From Campylobacterota bacterium (GTDB lineage Bacteria > Campylobacterota > Campylobacteria > Campylobacterales > Thiovulaceae): a stretch of 64,000 nucleotides of DNA. This document shows positions 10,007 to 20,711 of the stretch, in pieces. The DNA is taken from NCBI GenBank assembly GCA_030152305.1, contig JASKOM010000006.1, positions 11,515 to 75,514 of the forward strand. Reading direction: 5' to 3'. Each line of letters starts with the position of its first letter. Within the stretch, counting starts at the first letter, position 1. Below the pieces are notes generated by a model, which saw only the letters and a program-made list of their open reading frames with translations, did not search any database and was not told where the DNA came from. Both the position numbers and the translations under genes were made by a program.

Positions 10007-10882
10007 ATGAAATTTTTTATAAAAGAGAGCAAATTGTTAAAAACAAATAAGCAATTAATTTTAATAATATTAATTTTAAAAATTAATTTATATTCGTATG
10101 ATAATAGCAACGGTGGAAGAATTTATATCGAAGGAATTAATAATAAACAAAGAATTTATCCTTCTGGTTTTTTTAAAAATGAACAAATCGAAAATAATAA
10201 AGAAACTTCTAGTTTAAAATATAAACCTAAAATTAATATTGAAATTGGAATGGCATTTGTAAATGAAGCATATCTCGAAATTAATCCACAAATTGAATTT
10301 CCAACGATTAATCGAACAATGGAATTTTATTCAAAACAAATGTTGGCACCTGTTTTTAAAATTAATTTTCGAGATTTATCGATTTCCAAGAAAACTAATT
10401 TATTGTTTCGTAATAATTTGCAATTAAGTTATTTAAAATATAGCAGTCAAACACCTTTTTTACCAAATGGGTTTTTTCCATATGGCAAATCTCTACCGAT
10501 TGGTTCAGAGATAAATGCTCTTTCGTTTTCGTGGATTGGATCCGTTTTATATCGAGCTGGAATGTTTTATGTTGGTCCTTATTTTGGTGCAGGAGTAAAT
10601 ATTTTAAACGGTAAAGCAATGTATGTTACTTATGCAGGAGATTTAAATAATTCAATGGTTGAAAATATTGGTGTTTTTAAAAATAGTATTATCGAAAAAG
10701 GAGATACTATTATTCTTTCTGATACCTTTTCGATGTCTGGTAAATATGGAGCAGTTATTCATATAGATCTTTTACCATTTCGTTTTTCATTTGGTATTAA
10801 TTATTCTATAACAAATGAATCAAATCTATATTGGATCGAAAGATCTTATTTCTTGGAGGCTAAATATGTATTCTATTTTTAA
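10007..10882 (+). CDS. hypothetical, probable outer-membrane beta-barrel protein
   Basis: Amphipathic strands and aromatic C-terminus (AKYVFYF); start uncertain. Confidence 0.5.
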   Translation: MKFFIKESKLLKTNKQLILIILILKINLYSYDNSNGGRIYIEGINNKQRIYPSGFFKNEQIENNKETSSLKYKPKINIEIGMAFVNEAYLEINPQIEFPTINRTMEFYSKQMLAPVFKINFRDLSISKKTNLLFRNNLQLSYLKYSSQTPFLPNGFFPYGKSLPIGSEINALSFSWIGSVLYRAGMFYVGPYFGAGVNILNGKAMYVTYAGDLNNSMVENIGVFKNSIIEKGDTIILSDTFSMSGKYGAVIHIDLLPFRFSFGINYSITNESNLYWIERSYFLEAKYVFYF

Positions 10883-11744
10883 TGTTAATTTATTAATTGC
10901 TGTTATGATTTTTTCAGGTTGTTCAATGATAGAAATTGAAGAAAGCGATGAATCCGTTATTGAAAATGAAGCAAACGAAACCGCTGAATTTCTTCCTGTT
11001 GAAGTTGAAAGTGGTTTAATTGAAATGGAACGAAAAGATAACGGGATTTATATATCACCTGAAATGGTTTTAATTAACGGTGGAAATTTTATTATGAATG
11101 ATAAAATAAATAATAGTTCTGTTCAAATAAATATCAAATATGAATATTTTTTTAGTAAATATGAAATTACATTTGAAGAATATGATAAATTTGCCAGAAA
11201 TACAAAAAGAACTTTGCCAAATGATAGCGGTTGGGGACGAGGCAAACAACCAGTTATCAATATTAGTTATGAAGATGCAGTAGCTTATGCCGAATGGTTA
11301 AGTAAAAAAAGTGGCGATTATTATCGCTTACCTTCTGAAGCAGAATGGGAATTTGCATTTAGAGGCGGTTCAGATCCAGCTGTTTTTTTTAATGGTGGAG
11401 AAAATGGTTTAAGTTTATACGGTTGGTTTTCAGTTAATTCTGTCGAATCAACTCATCAAATCGGCAACAAAATGCCCAACGGTTGGAATATTTATGACAC
11501 TGTTGGCAATGTTTGGGAATGGTGTCAAGATATTTATCAGGCTGATTTAGTCGGTATTCCTAATGACGGCAAACCGCGACAAAACAAAAAAAGTGACGAA
11601 CGAGTTGTTAAAGGTGGTTCTTGGAATGATTCTTATCAAAATCTCAAACAAAGTAACAGATTAGGTTTTATTTCTTCATTAAAAATGAATGACACTGGTT
11701 TTCGTTTAGTCATGGAAACTCGTAAGAAATCTAAAAAGAAATAA
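10866..11744 (+). CDS. formylglycine-generating-enzyme (FGE-sulfatase) domain lipoprotein
   Basis: Lipobox FSGC; PVINISYEDA, RLPSEAEWEFA, GNVWEWC, KGGSW, GFRL; GGAGG RBS before ATG 10866. Confidence 0.88.
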   Translation: MYSIFNVNLLIAVMIFSGCSMIEIEESDESVIENEANETAEFLPVEVESGLIEMERKDNGIYISPEMVLINGGNFIMNDKINNSSVQINIKYEYFFSKYEITFEEYDKFARNTKRTLPNDSGWGRGKQPVINISYEDAVAYAEWLSKKSGDYYRLPSEAEWEFAFRGGSDPAVFFNGGENGLSLYGWFSVNSVESTHQIGNKMPNGWNIYDTVGNVWEWCQDIYQADLVGIPNDGKPRQNKKSDERVVKGGSWNDSYQNLKQSNRLGFISSLKMNDTGFRLVMETRKKSKKK

Positions 11745-11788
11745 ATAAAAAATTGATAAGATTTGTTAAAAATTAAAAAGGTCAAAAT

Positions 11789-13111
11789 TTGATTTTCAAA
11801 GATAAAATTATTAAAAAACCAGAATTACTTTCACCTGCTGGAAATCTCGAAAAATTAAAAATAGCTATTGATTATGGTGCTGATGCCGTTTATGGCGGAG
11901 TTAGTCATTTTTCACTTCGAATTCGAGCGGGAAAAGATTTTACGATGGAAGATTTCACATCTGGAATCGAATATGCTCATGCAAGAAATAAAAAAGTTTA
12001 TGTAACGATAAACGGTTTTCCTTTTAATTCGCAATTAAAATTATTAGAAAATCATATTGCAAAAATGCGAGATTTAAATCCAGATGCTTTTATCGTTTCG
12101 ACTCCAGGGGTTTTATCGATGGCTAGAAAAATCGCTCCAAATATGCCTATTCATCTTTCGACTCAAGCAAATGTTCTTAATTCGCTTGATGCCCGTTTTT
12201 ATTATGATTTAGGTGTATCTCGAATTATTTCAGCCCGAGAAATTTCACTTCGCGACCTCATCGCTATAAAAAATGATATTCCAAAATTAGAAATAGAAAT
12301 ATTTGTTCATGGTTCAATGTGTTTTGCTTACAGTGGAAGATGTTTAATAAGTTCGCTTCAAAATGGTCGTGTGCCAAATCGCGGAAGTTGTGCAAATGAT
12401 TGCCGTTTTCCATATATTTTATATGCCGAAAATCCAGAAACTGGAACTTTGTTAAAACTCGAAGAAGACGAAGGCATTGGAACTTATATTATGAATGCAA
12501 AAGATTTAAATCTTGTTTCATATGTTAAAGAAATCATGGAATCTGGAGCGGTTGATTCGATAAAAATCGAAGGTCGAACAAAAAGTCCATATTACACAGC
12601 GATTACTGCAAAAGCTTATCGTCAAGCTATCGATGATTCAATGGCTGGAAATTTCAAAGCTGAAATTTATCAAGCTGAATTAAACTCGACTCAAAGTCGC
12701 GGTTTTACAGATGGCTATTTAATTCATAAACCTTTTGAAAGAAATGACACTCAAACTACAAATGAAATGATGATTATGGGAACTCATCAAGTTTCTGGAA
12801 TCGTTTTAAAAGATGGTTTTTTCTTTTGTCGTTTTTCGATTTTTTTAGAAGATGAATTAGAAATCGTTTCGCCAAATGATAAAAATATCGATGAGGTCAG
12901 CAATGAAATTGGAGATATATATTTTCGAGATAATTTATGGAGAATTCGTTTTCATAAAATTATTCGAGAAGATGGCACAGAATTAAAAAGTGTTCATAGC
13001 GGAAATCCATATCCGATTAAGCTTCCAGCGAATTTGCCGTTAAATTCATTTTTTAGAGTTCCATTAAATGGACTTCCACCAATGCCTGAAGAAACAAGTT
13101 GCGGTGATTAA
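11789..13111 (+). CDS. peptidase U32 family protein (TrhP-like tRNA hydroxylase)
   Basis: PELLSPAG, GADAVY, HGSMCFAYSGRC, CANDCR, SIKIEGR. Confidence 0.9.
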   Translation: MIFKDKIIKKPELLSPAGNLEKLKIAIDYGADAVYGGVSHFSLRIRAGKDFTMEDFTSGIEYAHARNKKVYVTINGFPFNSQLKLLENHIAKMRDLNPDAFIVSTPGVLSMARKIAPNMPIHLSTQANVLNSLDARFYYDLGVSRIISAREISLRDLIAIKNDIPKLEIEIFVHGSMCFAYSGRCLISSLQNGRVPNRGSCANDCRFPYILYAENPETGTLLKLEEDEGIGTYIMNAKDLNLVSYVKEIMESGAVDSIKIEGRTKSPYYTAITAKAYRQAIDDSMAGNFKAEIYQAELNSTQSRGFTDGYLIHKPFERNDTQTTNEMMIMGTHQVSGIVLKDGFFFCRFSIFLEDELEIVSPNDKNIDEVSNEIGDIYFRDNLWRIRFHKIIREDGTELKSVHSGNPYPIKLPANLPLNSFFRVPLNGLPPMPEETSCGD

Positions 13112-13212
13112 AAATTTAAATAATTAACGAAACAAAAAAGTGTATTTAGCAATCAACAACGATGAGCAGACACGGGAGGCTGAAGCCTCTATAAATAAAA
13201 AATGAATGAAAG

Positions 13213-13863
13213 TTATTCTGAAATTTGTTTTAATGTTAAAATTGACTGTTCATTTAAGAAATTGCTATTTACCTCTATTCCTAATTTTTTAAATTTATTT
13301 AATACTCTTGATAAATGTTCTGGAGTAACATTTAATTGCAAAGCAATATCTTTTCGTTTTAAATCTTTGAAATTCTTCCAATTTTCTAACATATATTTTG
13401 CAATTCGTTGCTCACTTGATAAAAGAGCAATATTTTCAATTTGAGCATCTAATATTTTTATTTTTTTACTAAGCGAAGCTATAAATCGATATAAAATTTC
13501 TGGATATTTTTCAACTATTTTTTTAAAATTTTGACGAGAGAAAATTAAAACAACGGCTTCTTTGCTTTCAACTATTGCCGTAGCTGGATATTGACTATCT
13601 TCAAAAAAAGGCATTTCGGCAATACTGCTACCTTCTTCAAAAAAATTTATAACTATTTCTTCAAAACGAATATTGGTTTTATAAACTTTTATTCTACCGC
13701 TAAGCAAAATATGTAAATTATCGGCTTTATCCCCTTGAAAAAATAAAAAATTTCCATGGTTTAAATTTATAATTTTTCCTAATCCAGAAATATATTGTAA
13801 ATCTTGTTCAGATGTTTTGATGTTTTGAAAAAAAAGAATATTTTGTAAGTTAATTTTTTCCAT
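13213..13863 (-). CDS. Crp/Fnr family transcriptional regulator (HcpR/NssR/DNR-like)
   Basis: cNMP-like domain (LFFQGD...IAEMPFF...YPATA); HTH IALQLNVTPEHLSR; no N-terminal Cys cluster. Confidence 0.88.
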   Translation of the reverse strand: MEKINLQNILFFQNIKTSEQDLQYISGLGKIINLNHGNFLFFQGDKADNLHILLSGRIKVYKTNIRFEEIVINFFEEGSSIAEMPFFEDSQYPATAIVESKEAVVLIFSRQNFKKIVEKYPEILYRFIASLSKKIKILDAQIENIALLSSEQRIAKYMLENWKNFKDLKRKDIALQLNVTPEHLSRVLNKFKKLGIEVNSNFLNEQSILTLKQISE

Positions 13864-13969
13864 GTGATTAATTTAAACTCCGTTTTGTTTTTGAATTTTA
13901 TAGAAGGTTTGTTATCCCCATTCGTTAAAATGAAAAGGGAAAAACAAATATAATATTAAATTAGTATGT

Positions 13970-14983
13970 TTATTTAATTGAAGCTAAACTTGGTTCTCCG
14001 CCAAATTTTAAAATGGCACTTCCCCAAGTTAATCCACCACCAAAAGCATCTAATAAAACTAAATCACCTGAATTTAATCCGCCTTTTTCCCATAGGTCAT
14101 TCATTGCCATTGGAATTGAAGCTGAAGATGTATTTCCGTATTTATGCACAGTTAAAATAACTTGATCGTCTCGTAATGAGAGAGCATCACCAACGGCTTT
14201 TATTATTCGATAATTAGCTTGATGAGGTATAAAATGTTTAATATCTTCTGATTTAATATTATTTTTTTTGAGAATATCGATTACATCTTTTGTTAATGTT
14301 TTAACAGCTACTTTAAAAGTAGCATTGCCCTGCATTTTCATAAAATGTCTTCGATTTTCAATTGTTTGAATAGAACAAGGTTCAGCTGAACCACCACCTG
14401 GAGTAATTAAATAATCAGAATATGAGCCATCGGCACCAGTATGAACATCGATTATAGCTTTCTCTTTATCGTCGGTTCCGCTAATAATAGCTGCACCTGC
14501 TCCATCGCCAAATAATATACAAGTTGTTCTATCAGTATAATCAATAATTGTGCTTAATTTTTCGGCACCAATTATTAACACATTTTTAAAAGCTCCTGAT
14601 TCAACAAAAGATTTAGCGATATTTAAAGCATAAATAAAACCTGTGCAAGCGGCACTAATATCAAAAGAAGTAACATGATTAAGCCCTAATTTATGAGCTA
14701 TTAAATTTGCAGTTGAAGGCATACAAAAATGATCAGGTGAAATAGTTGCACAAATAACAGCATCTATATCTTTTTTAGTTAAACCAGATCGTTCAATTGC
14801 TATGAGACCAGCTTTAACACCTAAATCACTTGTTACCTCATCGTTATCAGCGATATGTCGTTCTTTGATACCAGTTCGTTGAAAGATCCATTCATCATCA
14901 GTATCAACCATCTTTTCTAAATCATTGTTAGTTAATACTTTCGCAGGTATATATGCACCTATCGATTTAAAAGAGGCATACAC
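13970..14983 (-). CDS. fabH: 3-oxoacyl-ACP synthase III
   Basis: AACTGF, FGDGAGA, PHQAN, GNTSSAS. Confidence 0.97.
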   Translation of the reverse strand: MYASFKSIGAYIPAKVLTNNDLEKMVDTDDEWIFQRTGIKERHIADNDEVTSDLGVKAGLIAIERSGLTKKDIDAVICATISPDHFCMPSTANLIAHKLGLNHVTSFDISAACTGFIYALNIAKSFVESGAFKNVLIIGAEKLSTIIDYTDRTTCILFGDGAGAAIISGTDDKEKAIIDVHTGADGSYSDYLITPGGGSAEPCSIQTIENRRHFMKMQGNATFKVAVKTLTKDVIDILKKNNIKSEDIKHFIPHQANYRIIKAVGDALSLRDDQVILTVHKYGNTSSASIPMAMNDLWEKGGLNSGDLVLLDAFGGGLTWGSAILKFGGEPSLASIK

Positions 14984-14989
14984 TGTTAT

Positions 14990-15991
14990 TTATCCTATAT
15001 TTTCAATCGTATTTTTTAACTGAAGTTCAATATCTGGTTCTATTTTAGCATCAACATATGTAATAGCCTGAAAAATAGCATTTTTCATAGCTTTAGAATT
15101 GCTTTTACCATGACTAATAATAACACATGATTTTAAACCCAATAAAGGAGCACCGCCGTATTCAGCATAATCAATTTCTTTTTTCAAAAGACGAAAAACT
15201 TTTTTCATTAATAAAGCTCCAGCAATAGCGATCGGAGATTTTTTAATTTTCTTTTTGATAAAATAATTAATCGTGTCGGCAACACCTTCACTGGTTTTTA
15301 AAACCAAATTTCCTACAAAGCCATCGCAAACAATAACATCAACTGAACCATCAAAAATATTATTTCCTTCGACGTTGCCTTTAAACGATTTTAATTTTTT
15401 TAATAATTTAAAGCTTTCTTTTGTCTGTTCATTACCTTTAGAATCTTCTTCACCGTTTGATAAAAGACCAACTCTAGGAAAATCTATTTTTAAAACTTTT
15501 CTCGCATAAGCTTCACCCATAACACCAAAATGATATAAATGTTCTGGTTTGCAATCAACATTAGCACCGACATCAAGAACGATTGATCTTTTACTATCTT
15601 TAGTTGGCATAAGTGCAACAATTGCAGGACGACTGACATTTTGAAGTCTTCCGATTCGTAAAGTAGCTAAAGACATTGTTGAACCGCTATGACCAGCTGA
15701 AACGATAGCTTGAGCTTTGCCATCTTTAACTAAATCAATAGCTTTATATATTGAACTTTCTCGTCGTTTAAATGCATCTGTTGCTGAATCGCTCATCGAG
15801 ATAACATCAGATGCTTCTATAATAGAAATCCTGTTTAATAACCCTTTTGGTAACAGAGGTTCAATTTCGTCTCGCTTACCAACAAGAGAGAGAGTAAAAT
15901 CGTCCCTCTCTAAAAGTGCTTGGATAGCACCAGTTACAATAGGTTCTGATCCGTAATCGCCACCCATTGCATCAAGGGCAATATTAATCAT
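14990..15991 (-). CDS. plsX: phosphate acyltransferase
   Basis: [26 protein letters not shown]. Confidence 0.97.
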   Translation of the reverse strand: MINIALDAMGGDYGSEPIVTGAIQALLERDDFTLSLVGKRDEIEPLLPKGLLNRISIIEASDVISMSDSATDAFKRRESSIYKAIDLVKDGKAQAIVSAGHSGSTMSLATLRIGRLQNVSRPAIVALMPTKDSKRSIVLDVGANVDCKPEHLYHFGVMGEAYARKVLKIDFPRVGLLSNGEEDSKGNEQTKESFKLLKKLKSFKGNVEGNNIFDGSVDVIVCDGFVGNLVLKTSEGVADTINYFIKKKIKKSPIAIAGALLMKKVFRLLKKEIDYAEYGGAPLLGLKSCVIISHGKSNSKAMKNAIFQAITYVDAKIEPDIELQLKNTIENIG

Positions 15992-16139
15992 TTAATCTGC
16001 TATACTCTCCGTTGCTATTCATTCTATGAGGCATTCTCCACTCACCATTTTCTTTAATTGGTTTCGCAAGAGTAATTTTATAATGTGTGCTTCTTTTTAA
16101 TCCTCGAGTTTTACTTAATCTTCGCTTTGGAACTGCCAT
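15984..16139 (-). CDS. rpmF: 50S ribosomal protein L32 (not in the ORF track)
   Basis: Manual translation [51 protein letters not shown]; upstream of plsX. Confidence 0.95.
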   Translation of the reverse strand: MAVPKRRLSKTRGLKRSTHYKITLAKPIKENGEWRMPHRMNSNGEYSRLND

Positions 16140-16171
16140 TTTCTTAACTTCCTATCTTATTAATTTTTATA

Positions 16172-16537
16172 TTAAATATCATTTTTATCGTAACAATTAT
16201 CGCATTTATAATAATCACTTTTAATAAGTTCAAGTTCACTTATTAGTATATTATTTAAATCGATATAACCTTCTAACATTTCATAGACATCGAAATTTTC
16301 GTCAAAACCATTGAAGATACCATTATTTATTAATAATTCTACTTTTTCATCTATTTCTAAAAGATTATCACTATTACAAATACTGCATGACATTTGTAAT
16401 TTGCCATGAAAATTCAATTCACAAAAAACAAGATCACCAGTTTTATTTTTAGGTTTTAATATAAAAACAGCATTAATATTTTCAAGATCAATTTGATACG
16501 AACTATCTCGTGTAACTTTACTAAATGGTATCTTCAT
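16172..16537 (-). CDS. YceD/DUF177-like protein
   Basis: CxxC pairs (CSIC, CDNC); canonical position upstream of rpmF. Confidence 0.75.
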   Translation of the reverse strand: MKIPFSKVTRDSSYQIDLENINAVFILKPKNKTGDLVFCELNFHGKLQMSCSICNSDNLLEIDEKVELLINNGIFNGFDENFDVYEMLEGYIDLNNILISELELIKSDYYKCDNCYDKNDI

Positions 16538-16543
16538 AATATT

Positions 16544-16963
16544 TTAGAGAATCTCTCTTTTGCTAAAAAAGAATGCTATTTCTTTAACAGCATTTTCATC
16601 TGAATCAGAACCGTGAACAGCATTTGCATCGATACTTTCAGCAAAATCCGCTCTAATTGTTCCAGCAACAGCATTTTTAGGATCTGTTGCACCCATGATC
16701 ATTCTATTTTCGATGACTGCATTTTCACCTTCAAGAACGATAGCAACAACAGGACCACTGATCATATATTTAACAAGATCTTTAAAAAATCCTCGTTCTT
16801 TATGAACAGCATAAAAAGCTTCGACATCTGCATTTGAAAGCTTAATTTTTTTCATAGCAGCTATTCTTAATCCTCGACTTTCAAATCTGTCGACTATTTT
16901 GCCAATAACACCTTTTGCCACTGCATCAGGTTTTAAAATTGATAAAGTTCTTTCGATTGCCAA
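16544..16963 (-). CDS. ndk: nucleoside diphosphate kinase
   Basis: [27 protein letters not shown]. Confidence 0.97.
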   Translation of the reverse strand: MAIERTLSILKPDAVAKGVIGKIVDRFESRGLRIAAMKKIKLSNADVEAFYAVHKERGFFKDLVKYMISGPVVAIVLEGENAVIENRMIMGATDPKNAVAGTIRADFAESIDANAVHGSDSDENAVKEIAFFFSKREIL

Positions 16964-16990
16964 GACTATTCCTTTATGTAAAATTGTCGA

Positions 16991-16999
16991 ATTATATCA
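16991..16999 (-). promoter_or_regulatory. extended -10 promoter for the ndk-yceD-rpmF-plsX-fabH run
   Basis: TGATATAAT on the minus strand about 28 nt upstream of the ndk start. Confidence 0.6.
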
Positions 17000-17125
17000 A
17001 ACTGTTTAATCTCTTTTGTTTAAGGTTCATTTTCCATTAATAAATCAATAGTTTCAATGTTTGGGAAAAACCAACCAACTTATTTTATAATAATATAAGC
17101 ATAATTTACATATACATTTATATTA

Positions 17126-17596
17126 TTATTTATCTTTTTCGCTAAACAGTTCTTTATTTTTGCTTTTAAATAATTTAGCTCTGTCTATTTTATTGTCTTG
17201 ATTATTTATTATTTTAGGTTCTTCGGGAATATATTCCGAAAAATTTATTAACATAGGATTTTTTCCTATAAATATTTGATAAATATCTAATAAATTTATA
17301 GAAACTTCACTTTCTTTCATATTATTGTTATTTCCAAAACCAGCACGAAAAATAAACTTATTTTGAATAGAAATTGCCGTTTCAAAACTGTAACCGACGA
17401 TATCAAATCGCATGTGTGAATAATCTTTATTAATAACTCCGATGATTTCTGGGGTCATATTTACACCTGCTGTTTTAACGATTATCGAAAAAGTTGTTTG
17501 TGAATTTAATAATAAACTCAACACCTCATCGATATGTTTTTTTGATAAATCAGCAAAGTTTTCACTGGAAAAAATATTTGCATTCGTCAAAGTCAT
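17126..17596 (-). CDS. hypothetical protein
   Basis: 156-aa ORF coupled to the OsmC gene; FDIVGYSFET/FRAGFG segments. Confidence 0.65.
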   Translation of the reverse strand: MTLTNANIFSSENFADLSKKHIDEVLSLLLNSQTTFSIIVKTAGVNMTPEIIGVINKDYSHMRFDIVGYSFETAISIQNKFIFRAGFGNNNNMKESEVSINLLDIYQIFIGKNPMLINFSEYIPEEPKIINNQDNKIDRAKLFKSKNKELFSEKDK

Positions 17597-18084
17597 GTAT
17601 TACAAGCTCCACCGATTTCTTCAGGAATATCTGTTAAAACAGGAGAAATTATTCCACTTTCGATTTCGTTTTTAGAAGCTATTTCGATCCCATTATGAAT
17701 AATCGAAAAACTTATTTTAGAAACACCACGAACTGTATTAACGGTTGAACAATAAGTTTCGAGAGTTGATAAAACCCATCGTCTTGCAATTAAATCAGAA
17801 GAATCTGAATTAAATTTATAAATTAAATGAATTTCATTGAATTTGCGAGGAGCCGAATCATTTCTAACAACTTCACCAATAATTTGAAGTTCTGAAATTT
17901 TATAATTACCATTTTTTGGAAGCATAATCATATCAGTAGCGCTACAAGCTATTAAACCTGATAAAAAATATTCAACTGGTGAAATTACCGAAGGCATAAT
18001 AACAAAATGACTTTTTGATGTTTCGGCTAAAAATTTCATATCTTCTGAAGAATGACCACTTGAATGAGAAATCGTAATTTTCAA
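17593..18084 (-). CDS. OsmC family protein
   Basis: SPVEYFLSGLIAC...TYCSTV two-Cys pattern. Confidence 0.82.
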   Translation of the reverse strand: MKITISHSSGHSSEDMKFLAETSKSHFVIMPSVISPVEYFLSGLIACSATDMIMLPKNGNYKISELQIIGEVVRNDSAPRKFNEIHLIYKFNSDSSDLIARRWVLSTLETYCSTVNTVRGVSKISFSIIHNGIEIASKNEIESGIISPVLTDIPEEIGGACNT

Positions 18085-18100
18085 AACAAACCTTTCTAAT

Positions 18101-18922
18101 CTAATCTATTTTTTCTTCGCTGTTATCTTCGATAACTTGTTCGCTATTTCGCTGATACGGAATACCTCTTTTATTATTAATAACAAACATTAATAAATTA
18201 ATACTATGAATATTTTTTTCATCTTTTAATAAATTTGTAGCATTTTCAAGAAGAGGCAATTCACTTTTAAATAAATTAATATATATTTTTTTAATAGCAT
18301 CGATATCAGATCTATGTAATTTTCGTCTTAGTCCTGTAAAATTCAGACCTCTTAAATATGCACGATTGCCTTCAGCGAGACAATACGGAGGAATATCTTG
18401 AGCGACAGCGGAAGCACCACCGATCATTGCAAATTCGCCGATATGAACAAATTGATGAACAGGAGTTAAACCACCAATAACTGCATGATCTCCGATACGA
18501 ACATGTCCGCCAAGAGTAACACCGTTTGCCAATATCGTATTATTTTCAATAATACAATCGTGAGCGACATGAACATATGCCATTAAAAGATTTTTATTTC
18601 CTATGACTGTTTTACCGCCACCACCAGCTGTGCCAGGATTTAACATCGTAAATTCTCTTATTATATTTTCATTGCCAATAATTAATTCTACTTGTTCACC
18701 ACGATATTTTAAATCTTGAGGTTGAGAACCTAGAACAGCATATGAAAATATTTGATTTTTCTCGCCTATTTTTGTTTTACCGTAAATACAAACACCTTGA
18801 GCAAGAGTTGTATTGTCTCCAATTTCGGCATCTTTAGAAACAAAACAGAATGGAGCAATAGATACATTTTTGCCAATCTTTGCACCATCTTCAATAATTG
18901 CTAACGGAGAAATATAAATCAT
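18101..18922 (-). CDS. lpxA: UDP-N-acetylglucosamine acyltransferase
   Basis: Hexapeptide repeats, PQDLKY, HVAHDC, VHQF; RBS before ATG 18922. Confidence 0.96.
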   Translation of the reverse strand: MIYISPLAIIEDGAKIGKNVSIAPFCFVSKDAEIGDNTTLAQGVCIYGKTKIGEKNQIFSYAVLGSQPQDLKYRGEQVELIIGNENIIREFTMLNPGTAGGGGKTVIGNKNLLMAYVHVAHDCIIENNTILANGVTLGGHVRIGDHAVIGGLTPVHQFVHIGEFAMIGGASAVAQDIPPYCLAEGNRAYLRGLNFTGLRRKLHRSDIDAIKKIYINLFKSELPLLENATNLLKDEKNIHSINLLMFVINNKRGIPYQRNSEQVIEDNSEEKID

Positions 18923-18932
18923 TCCTACCTCT

Positions 18933-19379
18933 CTATTTATCAACGATCATTGCTTTTAATTCAGCTTCAGCAACAAGTTCCCCATTTACAAATGCCTTGC
19001 CATCTAAAACCCAAACTTTTCCACGATTCTTTATTACACTTATTAAATATTCTAATTTATCACCTGGTGTAACAGGTGTTCTAAATTTTGCTCGATCGAT
19101 ACTCATAAAATATACGACTTTGTTTTTAATATCTTCATGAGAAATATCCTTCATGCTTTTAAATGCTAAAACTCCACCAGCTTGAGCCATTCCTTCGATA
19201 ATCATTACACCAGGATATATTGGATGCCCAGGAAAATGTCCTTGAAAAATATGCTCTCCGATAGTTATATTTTTATAAGCACGGATACTTTCTTTTGGAA
19301 TAATTTCTTCAACTCGATCGATTAATAAAAATGGATATCGATGAGGTAATATTTTTTCTATCTCTCTAACATTCATCAA
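18933..19379 (-). CDS. fabZ: 3-hydroxyacyl-ACP dehydratase
   Basis: [24 protein letters not shown]. Confidence 0.97.
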   Translation of the reverse strand: MMNVREIEKILPHRYPFLLIDRVEEIIPKESIRAYKNITIGEHIFQGHFPGHPIYPGVMIIEGMAQAGGVLAFKSMKDISHEDIKNKVVYFMSIDRAKFRTPVTPGDKLEYLISVIKNRGKVWVLDGKAFVNGELVAEAELKAMIVDK

Positions 19380-19410
19380 ATCGGCTCCTAAAGTAGCTTT
19401 TACTTTAAAT

Positions 19411-19419
19411 ATTATATCA
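19411..19419 (-). promoter_or_regulatory. extended -10 promoter for fabZ-lpxA
   Basis: TGATATAAT on the minus strand about 32 nt upstream of fabZ. Confidence 0.55.
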
Positions 19420-19528
19420 GATCAATATATATTGGTTATATTCACAAAACTGTTACATTCGTTTATATTTTATTTACAAACTAATTTTAAAATTGCATTC
19501 GAAATAAAAAAATATCAAAGGATAAAAA

Positions 19529-20020
19529 ATGAAAAAAATTATTGCAGGACTTACAACAGTAGCTTTATTAACAGTTGGATTACAAGCTGGACACAGAGGT
19601 GGCGGAAAAGGTCAAGCGACAACAACATCGCTTTCTCAACCAATTTTTATGGGTGGAAAACATGGCGGACATCCAATTTTACGAGCTGTAACACAAATTA
19701 GCACAATCACAACAGCACAATTAACATCTATTTCTACAATTTTGTCAGACGAACGAACTGCAATGCAAAATCTTCATACAGAACGAGTAACAAATTCACC
19801 AATGTCAAAATTTATTTCGACAACAACTGGACTTGATCGAGAAGATTTTTTAACAGCTGAAGCTGAATTTTCGGCAAAAATGGCAACAATAAAAGCCGAT
19901 ACGATTTCAAGTATATTAGCTACACTTTTACCTGAACAAATAACAGAGTTAATTACTCTATTACAAGCTGTCGAGGTAACAAGTGCAACAACAACAACAG
20001 AAAGTAACACAACAAACTAA
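19529..20020 (+). CDS. periplasmic Spy/CpxP-like protein
   Basis: Signal peptide; ITTAQ and LLPEQ LTxxQ-like motifs; directly precedes a two-component pair. Confidence 0.6.
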   Translation: MKKIIAGLTTVALLTVGLQAGHRGGGKGQATTTSLSQPIFMGGKHGGHPILRAVTQISTITTAQLTSISTILSDERTAMQNLHTERVTNSPMSKFISTTTGLDREDFLTAEAEFSAKMATIKADTISSILATLLPEQITELITLLQAVEVTSATTTTESNTTN

Positions 20021-20711
20021 TATAAATAAAATCGCAATGATTGAAGATGATGAAGAAATTGCTGAATTACTGCTTCTTTATCTTCAACAATTTGGTTATT
20101 CCGCGGAGAACTTTTCTAATCCGTTAAATGGACTAAAAGCTCTTCAATCCAATAGTTATTCTCTTCTTATACTTGATCTTTCATTGCCAAAAATAGACGG
20201 TCTTGAATTATTAAAAGAAATTCGTAAATTTTCTAATATTCCTATTATTATCTCTTCTGCCCGAGGTTCAGTTCGCGATAAAGTCGAAGGATTAAATCTT
20301 GGAGCTGATGATTATCTTCCCAAACCTTACGAACCAATCGAATTAATTGCAAGAATAAAAGCTATTTTAAAGCGAATGTCAAATAACGAAATTAATAAAT
20401 TCAATTCGTATGTTCCTTTTTTTACGATCGATTCAAATCGTATTTTTAAAAATGGTGAATATATAAATCTGACTGGAGCCGAATATGAAATCATGAAAAT
20501 ATTCATCGAAAATAGCGGAAAAATATTATCTCGCGATGAAATTCTCGATCAGGCGAAATCGATAAGCTGGGATTCTATCGATCGAACTATTGATGTTATC
20601 GTTAGTCGGATTCGACATAAAATCGAAAACAATCCACGAACACCAGAATATATTTTATCAATCAGAGGAGTCGGCTATAAATTTGTTCAACCGTCATTCG
20701 ATAATCTTTAA
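19983..20711 (+). CDS. OmpR-family response regulator (start uncertain)
   Basis: IEDD, LDLSLP, GADDYLPKP, winged helix DRTIDVIVSRIR...SIRGVGY. Confidence 0.92.
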   Translation: MQQQQQKVTQQTNINKIAMIEDDEEIAELLLLYLQQFGYSAENFSNPLNGLKALQSNSYSLLILDLSLPKIDGLELLKEIRKFSNIPIIISSARGSVRDKVEGLNLGADDYLPKPYEPIELIARIKAILKRMSNNEINKFNSYVPFFTIDSNRIFKNGEYINLTGAEYEIMKIFIENSGKILSRDEILDQAKSISWDSIDRTIDVIVSRIRHKIENNPRTPEYILSIRGVGYKFVQPSFDNL

